Below are positions 39,865 to 48,198 of a stretch of DNA of 64,000 nt, piece after piece. The DNA lies in NCBI GenBank assembly GCA_041737745.1, contig JBGSRC010000008.1, positions 44,459-108,458 on the forward strand, given 5' to 3'. Source of the stretch: Candidatus Caenarcanales bacterium (GTDB lineage: Bacteria > Cyanobacteriota > Vampirovibrionia > Caenarcaniphilales > Caenarcanaceae). The number at the start of each line of letters is the position of its first letter. Positions within the stretch are counted from its first letter, which is position 1. The translations under genes and the position numbers were made by a program. The notes under the pieces are model-generated. The model saw nothing but the letters and a program-made list of their open reading frames with translations, was not told where the DNA came from and searched no databases.

Positions 39865-41163
39865 GTGCAAGCAATAGGACGAACATCGAAGATTGGCTTT
39901 TTGCGTTTGCTCGGCCAGCTCTTTAGCAGTCCGCAGATCTCTCGCCTAAAGGCCTTTTCGACTGTTGCGCCGATAGCTCTCGGTATACCGGCTGCTCTTT
40001 GCATGCCTCTCACTAATCTGGCTAAAAATCCTGAAGCAGTGGTGAAGCCCAGTGACGAAAATAGACAGGCTTGGTTGGGGGCAATCTATCCACTGTGTTT
40101 TTTTGGGACCATGCTGAACAATGTCCTGTTGGCTCTCTTAGACGCCTCACCAACCAAGCTCCTCAGTTATCTTCCTTTCTTGCCCTTGGCTTTCAAACAT
40201 GCCTCCAATGAATTCAAGTTGATGGGGATTGCTAGGAAAATTCGGGCAGCGGAAAGAGAGCTTCAAGCTTGTCAGGATCAGAGTAGTCACACTCTCTTAG
40301 AACGAGACTTGGCGGGGCTTTATGCCGACGGGAAAAAAATCGACGCTCAGCTTAGCTTCTTTGGGCGAATTCTTTTTACATTGCTTTTGATTCCTACTTT
40401 TGTGGCTACAATGGCGAGGCTCTCTGGGCGAGCGTCTTTTGCTGGGAAAAATTGTCTTACCGAGTCAGTAAGAGGAAGCAATGTCGCCGAGCATCTGACT
40501 GGCTACGGAAAACTCTTTATGGTAAATCTGGAAAAAGAAATGCTTTGCTTGCGGGAATCAGCTCGTCAGTTCTTGAATCCGGCTAAATGGGGACAGTTGC
40601 ACAAACAACATCAATCGATGGTTCGAGCGGAGATCTCGTCTGGAGGACTGAAGGGGATAGGGGCTTTTGTGGCTAGCCTCGGTGGGGGAATGATTCCGAT
40701 CGGTACAAATTTCTTCAATATGATTTTGCGTTTGCTGGGAGGTGCTAGTAGTTATTTGGCGTATCGTCGTTTTGGTGATAGTTACCTAAACCGAAATACT
40801 CCATATGACGATGAGGCGAGCAAAGCGAAGCGGGCAGAGGCGCCAGCTGGCGATCAGCTTCTCGATAAGCTTTCTAACACCACAGTGTCTTTGAGTCGGC
40901 TTTTGTCCGGTTGTTCTAATGTCAGTGCTGGACTGAATCCGACTTTTGCGACGAATTATGGTTCTTTGGCTGTGGGGGGGAATTTGTTTGGTGGGGGCTT
41001 ATATTGTTTATCTTTTTTGCCGACGATTTTAGGTTTGACTGGTTTGGAGAATACCTTGCAGATTTCCGCTTCTAGTCTTATTTTTGCGGCCAATGGGGCT
41101 CAGAATTTGCATAAGGATTTGGAAAGTGAGTTTGTTGCTAGGAGGTCTTTAGGAAAGCTTTGA
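39865..41163 (+). CDS. Hypothetical hydrophobic protein
   Basis: 432 aa with several hydrophobic segments and Gly-rich C-terminal part; starts at a non-ATG codon in the ORF track. Confidence 0.4.
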   Translation: MQAIGRTSKIGFLRLLGQLFSSPQISRLKAFSTVAPIALGIPAALCMPLTNLAKNPEAVVKPSDENRQAWLGAIYPLCFFGTMLNNVLLALLDASPTKLLSYLPFLPLAFKHASNEFKLMGIARKIRAAERELQACQDQSSHTLLERDLAGLYADGKKIDAQLSFFGRILFTLLLIPTFVATMARLSGRASFAGKNCLTESVRGSNVAEHLTGYGKLFMVNLEKEMLCLRESARQFLNPAKWGQLHKQHQSMVRAEISSGGLKGIGAFVASLGGGMIPIGTNFFNMILRLLGGASSYLAYRRFGDSYLNRNTPYDDEASKAKRAEAPAGDQLLDKLSNTTVSLSRLLSGCSNVSAGLNPTFATNYGSLAVGGNLFGGGLYCLSFLPTILGLTGLENTLQISASSLIFAANGAQNLHKDLESEFVARRSLGKL

Positions 41164-41241
41164 AATATTTCTGAGCCTAAAAACTACTCAAACAAGCCTA
41201 CAGACAAACCTGAGAATGTTACTATAATTGGATATTGAGTC

Positions 41242-41316
41242 GCGAACGTAGTTCAGTGGTAGAACATCTCCTTGCCAAGGAGAGGGTCGAGGGTTCGAAT
41301 CCCTTCGTTCGCTCCA
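41242..41316 (+). tRNA. tRNA-Gly (anticodon GCC)
   Basis: Cloverleaf read by eye: acceptor 'gcgaacg'/'cgttcgc', D-arm 'agttcagtggtagaac', anticodon stem-loop 'tctcc-ttGCCaa-ggaga', T-arm 'ggttcgaatcc', 3' CCA encoded. Confidence 0.85.
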
Positions 41317-41390
41317 TAATTTGCTAGATCATTTGAGCTGATTTTTGAGTGATAATTTAGTGAAATATTCTCACTAGAATCACAAACTCA

Positions 41391-43313
41391 ATGATCTCAG
41401 TTATTCTCCCCGATAAATCAAGCAAACAATTACCAGAAGGCTCCTCAGGACTGGATCTCGCCAAAAGCATAGGAGAAAGACTAGCCAAAGAAGCCGTAGG
41501 ACTAAGCCTAAACGGCGAACTCTGCGATCTCAACACTACCCTCCCAGATGGTGCTAGCATCCAAATCATCAGTCCTAGAGACCTACTGAGCCTAGAGTTT
41601 TTGCGCCACACTAGCGCTCATATACTAGGCTGCGCCGTCCAGAGGCTCTATCCCCAAGCTCGCATCGCCATTGGCCCAACAATTGAAAATGGCTTCTATT
41701 ACGATTTCTTGATCCCTGGCGCAAGCATTTCCATCGAAGATCTGCCCCGGATCGAAGCGGAAATGCAAAAGATCATCGACGCAAACTATAAGCTCACTAG
41801 AAGCGCTATTGAAGATCCGATTGCCCGTATCGCCCAGTTCCAAGGCCAAGGCGAAAAGTTCAAAGCCGAACTCTTGGAAAAATACCAAAACGATAATCCC
41901 ACCCAGTACAGCTTTACGGACGAGCAAGGCGAATCGGTCTGGAGCGATCTCTGTCGCGGGCCTCATTTGGCAAGCACAGGCCAAGTGAAAGCCTTCAAAC
42001 TACTCTCTGTTTCGGCCTCCTATTGGCAGGGAAATGAAAAACTAGACTCGCTCCAACGGATCTATGGCACCAGCTGGTGGAGCAAAAAAGACCTGCAAAC
42101 CCACCTCGATAATATTGCCGAAGCGGAAAAGCGCGATCACCGCAAGCTTGGCCGTGAGCATTCTTTCTTCTCCACCCACGAAGAAGCCGGTCCAGGCCTG
42201 ATCTTCTGGCACCCAAAACTCGCCTATCTCCGCAATAAAATCGAAACGCTTTGGCGCGCCAAACACGAAGAATCTGGCTACGAGCTGGTCTTCACTCCGC
42301 ACATAGCCGGTAGTGAGCTCTGGCAGACCTCCGGTCACCTCGACTATTATCGGGAAAATATGTTCAAGCTTGCCCCCATCGACGAGAAGGACTATCTCCT
42401 GAAGCCGATGAATTGCCCTTTTCACGTTTTGATCTATTCGTCTACTCGTCATAGCTACCGTGAGTTGCCGATTCGCTTGGCTGAGCTGGGGACAGTCTAT
42501 CGCTACGAACGCTCTGGCGCTCTGCATGGTCTAGTTCGTGTCCGTGGCTTTACGCAAGATGACGCTCATATCTTTTGCACGCGCGCTCAGCTTGTTGAAG
42601 AAGTCTGTGCTGTGATCGCTCTCACCCGAGAGATCTATGCCGAATTTGGCTTAAATTTCACTGCTGAGCTCTCTACCCGTCCAGAGGACAGAATCGGCGG
42701 AGAAGAGTTCTGGGATCTAGCTGAGGGTGGTCTCAGGCAAGCTCTTGAGACTGCTCAGCTCGAATATACGGTAAACGAAGGCGATGGCGCTTTTTATGGT
42801 CCAAAAATCGACTTTAAGCTCCGTGATTCTCTCGGAAGAGCATGGCAGGGAGCGACGATCCAGCTTGATTTCAACTTACCCGAACGCTTTGATCTGAAAT
42901 ATGTGAACTCGGAAGGGCAATTCGAACGACCGGTGATGCTGCATAGAGCTATCTTCGGTTCACTGGAGCGCTTTGTCGGTACTTTGATCGAGCATTATGC
43001 TGGTGCTTTCCCCTTCTGGCTCTGTTACACACAAGTCACCATTTTGCCCATTGCTGATAGGCACTGCCAGTATGCCCGTGAGCTCGCTCTAGAACTCCGC
43101 AAACATAAAATTCGGGTGAAAGTCGATGAGCGCATGGAGAAGGTGAACGCTAAGATCCGTGACGCTCAGCTCGATCAGATTCCCTACATGCTCGTGATCG
43201 GCGACAAAGAACTGGCTGAAAAACAAGTAGCTGTTCGGGAGCGTCGTCAGGGCGATCTTGGTGTGATGAATCTAGCTGCTTTCCTCGAGCTAATCGCTGG
43301 AGAACAAAGATAG
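41391..43313 (+). CDS. thrS: Threonyl-tRNA synthetase
   Basis: N-terminal TGS domain, editing domain 'HTSAHILG', class II core 'FRYERSGALHGLVRVRGFTQDDAHIF', anticodon-binding C-domain; 640 aa. Confidence 0.95.
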   Translation: MISVILPDKSSKQLPEGSSGLDLAKSIGERLAKEAVGLSLNGELCDLNTTLPDGASIQIISPRDLLSLEFLRHTSAHILGCAVQRLYPQARIAIGPTIENGFYYDFLIPGASISIEDLPRIEAEMQKIIDANYKLTRSAIEDPIARIAQFQGQGEKFKAELLEKYQNDNPTQYSFTDEQGESVWSDLCRGPHLASTGQVKAFKLLSVSASYWQGNEKLDSLQRIYGTSWWSKKDLQTHLDNIAEAEKRDHRKLGREHSFFSTHEEAGPGLIFWHPKLAYLRNKIETLWRAKHEESGYELVFTPHIAGSELWQTSGHLDYYRENMFKLAPIDEKDYLLKPMNCPFHVLIYSSTRHSYRELPIRLAELGTVYRYERSGALHGLVRVRGFTQDDAHIFCTRAQLVEEVCAVIALTREIYAEFGLNFTAELSTRPEDRIGGEEFWDLAEGGLRQALETAQLEYTVNEGDGAFYGPKIDFKLRDSLGRAWQGATIQLDFNLPERFDLKYVNSEGQFERPVMLHRAIFGSLERFVGTLIEHYAGAFPFWLCYTQVTILPIADRHCQYARELALELRKHKIRVKVDERMEKVNAKIRDAQLDQIPYMLVIGDKELAEKQVAVRERRQGDLGVMNLAAFLELIAGEQR

Positions 43314-43318
43314 AGAAC

Positions 43319-44392
43319 TTGTTTACTTCTGGCTTTGAGTCCATTAGAGATTTGATTTTGGGTAGGAGCGCTGGGAGTTTTGAGGAGCTTGCTTTGTCGC
43401 TTTTTGCTTATCAGTCATCTCAGAACCTCAGCTATGCTAGATATATTCAAGCGGCTGGACTGGAGAGCTTCAAGCCGCAGCGCTGGTCTGAAATTCCCCT
43501 TATGCGAGCTGATTCATTTAAGCGACTCAGGCATTATTGCTCAGTTGAAGAGCCTGTGCTCTGTTTTCGCTCTAGTGGCACGACTGATTCGATCCGCAGC
43601 GAGCATCATTTGAGCGCTCAAGAACTTGAGTTGTATGAGTTGTCGCTTTGGGCAAGTTTTAGTGAAGCTTTTCCCCTTGTTTCCACCAATGCCCCTGTTC
43701 AGGTCTTCTTTCTTTCAGAGCCCTATACGGAGCGTTTAGATTCTTCGCTTTTCTATATGTTCGAGTGTATCCGGGGGCGTCTAAACCAACCCGAGAGCGC
43801 TTATTTATTGCAGTCAGGAAGCTTTGATCTGGAGCCGCTCAGGGGGGCTATCAAGCTGGGAGATAAGCCCATTCTCTTGCTGGGGACAGCCTATGCGTTC
43901 GCTGAGCTGCTTGAAAAGAGCAACGAGCCTTTGAGTTTGCCGGCTGGATCGGCTCTAATGGAGACTGGAGGTTTCAAAACTAGCAAAGTGACTCTTAGCA
44001 AGCAAGAGCTCTATGCCAGTCTCTCTGAGTGCTTTGCTTTGCCAGAGAGTTCTATAGTCGGCCAATACGGGATGAGTGAGCTTGGTAGCCAATATTATGA
44101 TCAGTCTTATGTGCTGGGTGAGCCTAAAGCCAGAATGAAGCTAGCCAAGCCTTGGTGTCAGTTTCGGATTTTACGTCCTACTGATCTGAGTCAAGACTGC
44201 ACCGAGGGAGAGCTTGGGCTGATTGCGCATTATGATCTGACAAATTGTGATTCTTTGGCTTTCATTCTTAGTCAAGATCTGGGCAGACAGGTTGCTGGTG
44301 GTTTTGAGTTGATCGGTCGGGCTCCTAAGGCTGTCTTGCAGGGTTGTTCTCTGGATAGTGAGGCCTATCTGACCGCTAGGAGGGAGCTTTGA
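43319..44392 (+). CDS. Putative adenylate-forming acyl-protein/acyl-CoA synthetase-like protein (LuxE/PaaK-like)
   Basis: 357 aa. 'FRSSGTTDS' resembles the acyl-adenylate P-loop-like motif of the LuxE/PaaK family. Weak assignment. Its stop overlaps the GT2 start by 4 nt. Confidence 0.4.
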   Translation: MFTSGFESIRDLILGRSAGSFEELALSLFAYQSSQNLSYARYIQAAGLESFKPQRWSEIPLMRADSFKRLRHYCSVEEPVLCFRSSGTTDSIRSEHHLSAQELELYELSLWASFSEAFPLVSTNAPVQVFFLSEPYTERLDSSLFYMFECIRGRLNQPESAYLLQSGSFDLEPLRGAIKLGDKPILLLGTAYAFAELLEKSNEPLSLPAGSALMETGGFKTSKVTLSKQELYASLSECFALPESSIVGQYGMSELGSQYYDQSYVLGEPKARMKLAKPWCQFRILRPTDLSQDCTEGELGLIAHYDLTNCDSLAFILSQDLGRQVAGGFELIGRAPKAVLQGCSLDSEAYLTARREL

Positions 44393-45531
44393 TTTTAATT
44401 TTTTTATATTTCTTCGCTGCGCTCAGCTTAGCCATCTGGATCTTCTATTTGCTACGGATCCGCGAGTCTATTCGCCAAGACATTCCCCTCACTAGTTCTG
44501 AGATCATTGGCCAGCCGAGCCTCTCAATCTTGATCCCGGCCTATAACGAAGAGCAAAATATCTCTACTATCCTTAGTAGCTGCCTATTTACGCTCAAAGA
44601 CTACAAGTATCTCTACGAAATCTTAGTTCTAGACGACAATTCGCAAGATAAGACCACTGCTGAACTGGAAAGTTTCAAGCGAGCTCATCCCAGCCTCAAT
44701 TTGAAGCATTGGGTGGGTACTGAAACCCCTGCTGGTTGGACGGGGAAAAATTGGGCTTGCGCTCAGCTTTCTCAGAGAGCAACTGGTGATTATTTATTGT
44801 TTCTGGACGCCGATGTGCGTTTGCTGGCCGGAGGATTGGAGCTTGCTCTCTCTTATGCTCAAAAAAATCAAAGTGCTCTTTTGAGTGGCACACCGGATTT
44901 GCTCTGCGAGCATTGGTCAGAGATCTTGGTGCAGCCTTTGCTCGTTGCTGGGGCTAGGTCTCATTTTAATTTTGAGCGAGTGAACGATCCCTTGGCAGAA
45001 GAGGCTTTTGCTTCTGGGCCTTTTATGCTTTTTGAGCGAGGGGCATATTTTGCTTCTGGCGGTCATGAGGCTGTGGCTGCAGAGATTGTGGAAGATGTTT
45101 CTCTTTCCAAGCTTTTCAAGTCTTTGGGTCTTCGAGTGGCTTTGGTGGATGCCAGCAAGGTTTATCAGCTCCAGATGTACAGTTCTTTTGGGCAGCTTTG
45201 GGAGGGGTGGACTAAAAACGTTCATTTGGCTTTTGGGCGAAAATTTGAGGTTACGTCGCTTTATGCTTTGGTTCAGCTTTTCACCAATCTGGCTCCTTTT
45301 GGTCTTTTGGTTGGGGCTGTGGTGTTTAAGAGTTGGGTTGTTTTTGGGGTGAGTTTATTTTGTTTTTGGGCGCAGGGATATATTTTTGGTCTTGTTGCGC
45401 CGAGGTATTGGTTTTATTTTTGGGTGAGTCCTATTGGTTCTTTGATTGTTTTTGCTATTTTTCTGGGATCTATTTGGAAGACTGAGACGGGCTTGGGTTG
45501 GACATGGCGAGGCAGGCAGTTGAGGTTGTAG
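44389..45531 (+). CDS. Family 2 glycosyltransferase with C-terminal membrane domain
   Basis: GT-A fold motifs 'LSILIPAYNEE', 'VLDDNSQDKT', 'FLDADV' (DxD), and multiple C-terminal TM helices; 380 aa. Confidence 0.75.
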   Translation: MILIFLYFFAALSLAIWIFYLLRIRESIRQDIPLTSSEIIGQPSLSILIPAYNEEQNISTILSSCLFTLKDYKYLYEILVLDDNSQDKTTAELESFKRAHPSLNLKHWVGTETPAGWTGKNWACAQLSQRATGDYLLFLDADVRLLAGGLELALSYAQKNQSALLSGTPDLLCEHWSEILVQPLLVAGARSHFNFERVNDPLAEEAFASGPFMLFERGAYFASGGHEAVAAEIVEDVSLSKLFKSLGLRVALVDASKVYQLQMYSSFGQLWEGWTKNVHLAFGRKFEVTSLYALVQLFTNLAPFGLLVGAVVFKSWVVFGVSLFCFWAQGYIFGLVAPRYWFYFWVSPIGSLIVFAIFLGSIWKTETGLGWTWRGRQLRL

Positions 45532-45815
45532 AGGTTTTAGACTCATCCCCCCAGCCCCTTAAACCCCTCAGAGCAAGGACATTACTGAGACGGGCTTGGG
45601 TTGGACATGGCGTGGTAGGCAGTTAAGGAAAGACTGAATAACTCAATCAAGGGGGAGTTTGAGGGGGCCTTAGGTCCCCTCATAACAAATACTTCAAGTA
45701 ACCTCAAGTGACTCCAAACATTCCCTTAAGAACCAAACCAGAGTGAGACGGGCTCAAGTTGGACATGGCGAGGTAGACAATTGAGGTTCTAGAGGTTTTT
45801 ACTCATCCCCCAGCC
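45481..45815 (+). repeat. Three copies of the GT2 gene 3'-terminal segment (45481..45560 including the stop, 45583..45625, 45741..45815) interleaved with a REP/MITE unit (45645..45695)
   Basis: 'ACTGAGACGGGCTTGGGTTGGACATGGCGAGGCAGGCAGTTGAGGTT(G/C)TAGAGGTTTT(T)ACTCATCCCCC' is repeated with ~85-90% identity. Confidence 0.7.
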
Positions 45816-45928
45816 CTCTTCTCAAGAAGGGGGAGTAAAGAAAAGATTCTAAGAGGTTGAGGTTCTGAAAATTACTCAACTCAAGACCTTAAACGTGTAT
45901 ATGATTGTTAGTAAAAGTATTTTGACTT

Positions 45929-46126
45929 ATGAAAATAAAAGCGATCATTCATGAAGCGGAAGAAGGCGGCTATTGGGCGGAAGTGCCTATTTTTGCTGGT
46001 TGTTATACTCAAGGCGAAACGATTGAAGAGACTATCGAAAATCTCAAAGAAGCAATAAATCTTTATGTAGATGATGATCCCCAAATGTCCAGTCCTAGCG
46101 ACACTCTTGTAGAACTTAGCTTGTGA
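45929..46126 (+). CDS. hicB: HicB-family antitoxin (minimal, UPF0150 domain only)
   Basis: 'IIHEAEEGGYWAEVP..GCYTQGETIEE' HicB N-domain signature; 65 aa. Translationally coupled (ATGA overlap) to the downstream hicA. Confidence 0.75.
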   Translation: MKIKAIIHEAEEGGYWAEVPIFAGCYTQGETIEETIENLKEAINLYVDDDPQMSSPSDTLVELSL

Positions 46127-46326
46127 AGTCGGTTTCAGGAAAAAAATTGGCTAAGGTTTTAGAAAAGCTTGGCTGGCAGCTTGTGAGAGTTTGCGGAAGC
46201 CATCATCGTTATTCGAAAGGGAAAGAGAGTATTTCTATACCGGTTCATGCCAATCAAGATCTTAAGCTAGGTATTTTGAGGAGCATTATGAAGCAAGCTG
46301 GTCTTCAAGCTGAAGATTTGCTCTGA
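46123..46326 (+). CDS. hicA: HicA-family mRNA interferase toxin
   Basis: 'KKLAKVLEKLGW..VR..GSHHRYSKG' YcfA/HicA dsRBD-like fold with the catalytic His; 67 aa. Confidence 0.8.
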   Translation: MKSVSGKKLAKVLEKLGWQLVRVCGSHHRYSKGKESISIPVHANQDLKLGILRSIMKQAGLQAEDLL

Positions 46327-46339
46327 ACTTATAACCCCC

Positions 46340-47071
46340 TCAGCCTTTCTCTCGCACTAACACGATCTCCCCGTAAAACTTCTCCTGCCAAAGCTCAGCC
46401 TTGCCCCCATGCGAATAAAAGAGAGCCGCCAAAAATGTATCGGTACAATCCAAAAACAACGAATCAAATGAACTGAGTGGCACTCTCTCCCCTCTCAAAA
46501 CAGACTTCTCAAAGAAAGTAGTAAAGAGCTCAATCTTTGCCTCCAAGTTTTCCTCATGAGCGATCTCCAACGCCTCAGTGTCTTCATCCTCCCGCATCGA
46601 AATCTCATCATCTAGTGCTAGATCGCGGAGCGAGTTGCGCTTGCGCTTCACCAGACGAGGAGCTTGCGTTTCCACTTCTTTGAAAAGAGCGACCAGTTCA
46701 TCTAAAGTGACGCTTCTAGTGCGATTTGGGCGAAGAAGAGCTTCTTTGCGTTGCAGAAAATCACGTGAATTCTGAGGAGAGCTCAGTAAAGCCTCTACCT
46801 CACTGTCTTCATAATCAAAATCCCCGAAGTCAACCAAATCACCTTCCTCAGCACCAAACTGAGGAACGAAAAGTCGCTCTGATTTGAGACGCAAAAGCAC
46901 TGAGACAGACAAGATGATCTGCGCCGCCTCTTGCAGCTCACGCGAGCCCTTTTTAGCGAGCAGTTCTTCGAAAAGCCTTTCGATCACTTTCACCAGATCG
47001 ACGTCCCACGGGTCAATCTCCCGCCGACCGGACATCTGAATCAAGAGTTCAATGGGTATATTTGCTTCCAT
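46340..47071 (-). CDS. scpA: Segregation and condensation protein A (kleisin)
   Basis: N-terminal 'DPWDVDLVKVIERLFEEL' and 'ILSVSVLLRLKSERLFVP' kleisin motifs; winged-helix C-terminus; 243 aa. Confidence 0.75.
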   Translation of the reverse strand: MEANIPIELLIQMSGRREIDPWDVDLVKVIERLFEELLAKKGSRELQEAAQIILSVSVLLRLKSERLFVPQFGAEEGDLVDFGDFDYEDSEVEALLSSPQNSRDFLQRKEALLRPNRTRSVTLDELVALFKEVETQAPRLVKRKRNSLRDLALDDEISMREDEDTEALEIAHEENLEAKIELFTTFFEKSVLRGERVPLSSFDSLFLDCTDTFLAALFYSHGGKAELWQEKFYGEIVLVREKG

Positions 47072-47080
47072 CTACCTATA

Positions 47081-48184
47081 ATGATGGGTGTTATGACCGA
47101 AAAAGAGCAAGTTCTGATCTGGCAAAAGCATTTCTTCAAAGTAGCCACCATTATCGGTTACTTGTTGTTGGGCTTTGGATTACTTTGGCTTTGCTCGCTC
47201 TTTCAACAGGTTTGTAGCATTGTCGGCTATGCCATTTTGCTTTCGTATATCTTAGTGGGGCCTGTCGATTGGTTGCAGAAAAAAACCCCGCTCAAAGGGC
47301 GCCTCTTTCCCGTTGCTTTGGTCTATATTTCTGTAGTCACTCTATTGGTGGGTTTTGTAATCTTGGTTACTCCCAAGTTAGCCGTTCAGCTCAAAATTCT
47401 CGCCCATGAAGCTCCCGGTTATCTAGACCGGCTCGAAGAGCTTTTGTTGAATATACCTGGTTTGCGCGATCTGGGCGTCAGTAGCGAATTTTTATCTAGA
47501 GAGAAGTTTGCTGAGCTCTTGAGGGAGTCTTTTGATACTTTGGCCCTTCGCTTGCTTCAGTTTGCCACTGGGACTTTCAGTTTCATGCTCTTTGCTTTTG
47601 CTTCTTTGGTGCTCTCTGTTTATTTTCTCATTGATGGTCCTCGGCTTTGGCGCGGGGTCAGTCAGCTTTGTAGCCCTCGCTATTTGCGTGATTTGCACAA
47701 TCTTAGGCATGAACTAGACCGGAATCTGAGAGCTTATTTCATTGGCCAAGTTCAGCTGGCAAGCTTGAGCGGGGTTTTTGTCTTTGCCATGTACTCGAGC
47801 ATGGGATCGAGCTTTGCTCTTTTGTTGGGGATTTGGCAGGCTCTGGTGGAGATCATTCCGGTGGTCGGTGGCTTGATTGGGATTTTGTCTGGGGTCATTG
47901 TTTTATTGCTTACTCAGCAAAACCCATGGCTTGCGCTGATCGCTTTTGTGGTCTATATGATTTACACGCAACTCTTCAAAGATAATTTTCTGACTCCACG
48001 AATTATTGGGAACGCTATCGGTCTGCATCCTGTAGTGGTCTTGTTGGTCGTGATCATGGGCGCTGAGCTGGCCGGTGTGAATGGAGCCGTCTTTGCCTTG
48101 CCGCTCGCTGGTATAGTCAATGTTATGGGTGGTTTTATCCTATCTAGAGCAGCTAAAAGACAAAGTCATGAGCTCAACCAGTGA
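47081..48184 (+). CDS. AI-2E family transporter (PerM/UPF0118 permease)
   Basis: Eight predicted TM helices with the family-typical 'IIPVVGGLIG' and C-terminal 'LPLAGIVN' segments. The track ORF starts at TTG 46931 and overlaps scpA by 140 nt. The in-frame ATG at 47081 is the more likely start. Confidence 0.7.
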   Translation: MMGVMTEKEQVLIWQKHFFKVATIIGYLLLGFGLLWLCSLFQQVCSIVGYAILLSYILVGPVDWLQKKTPLKGRLFPVALVYISVVTLLVGFVILVTPKLAVQLKILAHEAPGYLDRLEELLLNIPGLRDLGVSSEFLSREKFAELLRESFDTLALRLLQFATGTFSFMLFAFASLVLSVYFLIDGPRLWRGVSQLCSPRYLRDLHNLRHELDRNLRAYFIGQVQLASLSGVFVFAMYSSMGSSFALLLGIWQALVEIIPVVGGLIGILSGVIVLLLTQQNPWLALIAFVVYMIYTQLFKDNFLTPRIIGNAIGLHPVVVLLVVIMGAELAGVNGAVFALPLAGIVNVMGGFILSRAAKRQSHELNQ

Positions 48185-48198
48185 GAAGGTGAACTGAG

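Noticed and set aside
45481-45900. Diversity-generating retroelement (template and variable repeats at a gene 3' end)
   Set aside because: No reverse-transcriptase gene nearby. Differences between copies are not adenine-specific, and copies are interleaved with a MITE unit. Capture by a mobile repeat, or duplication, is more likely.
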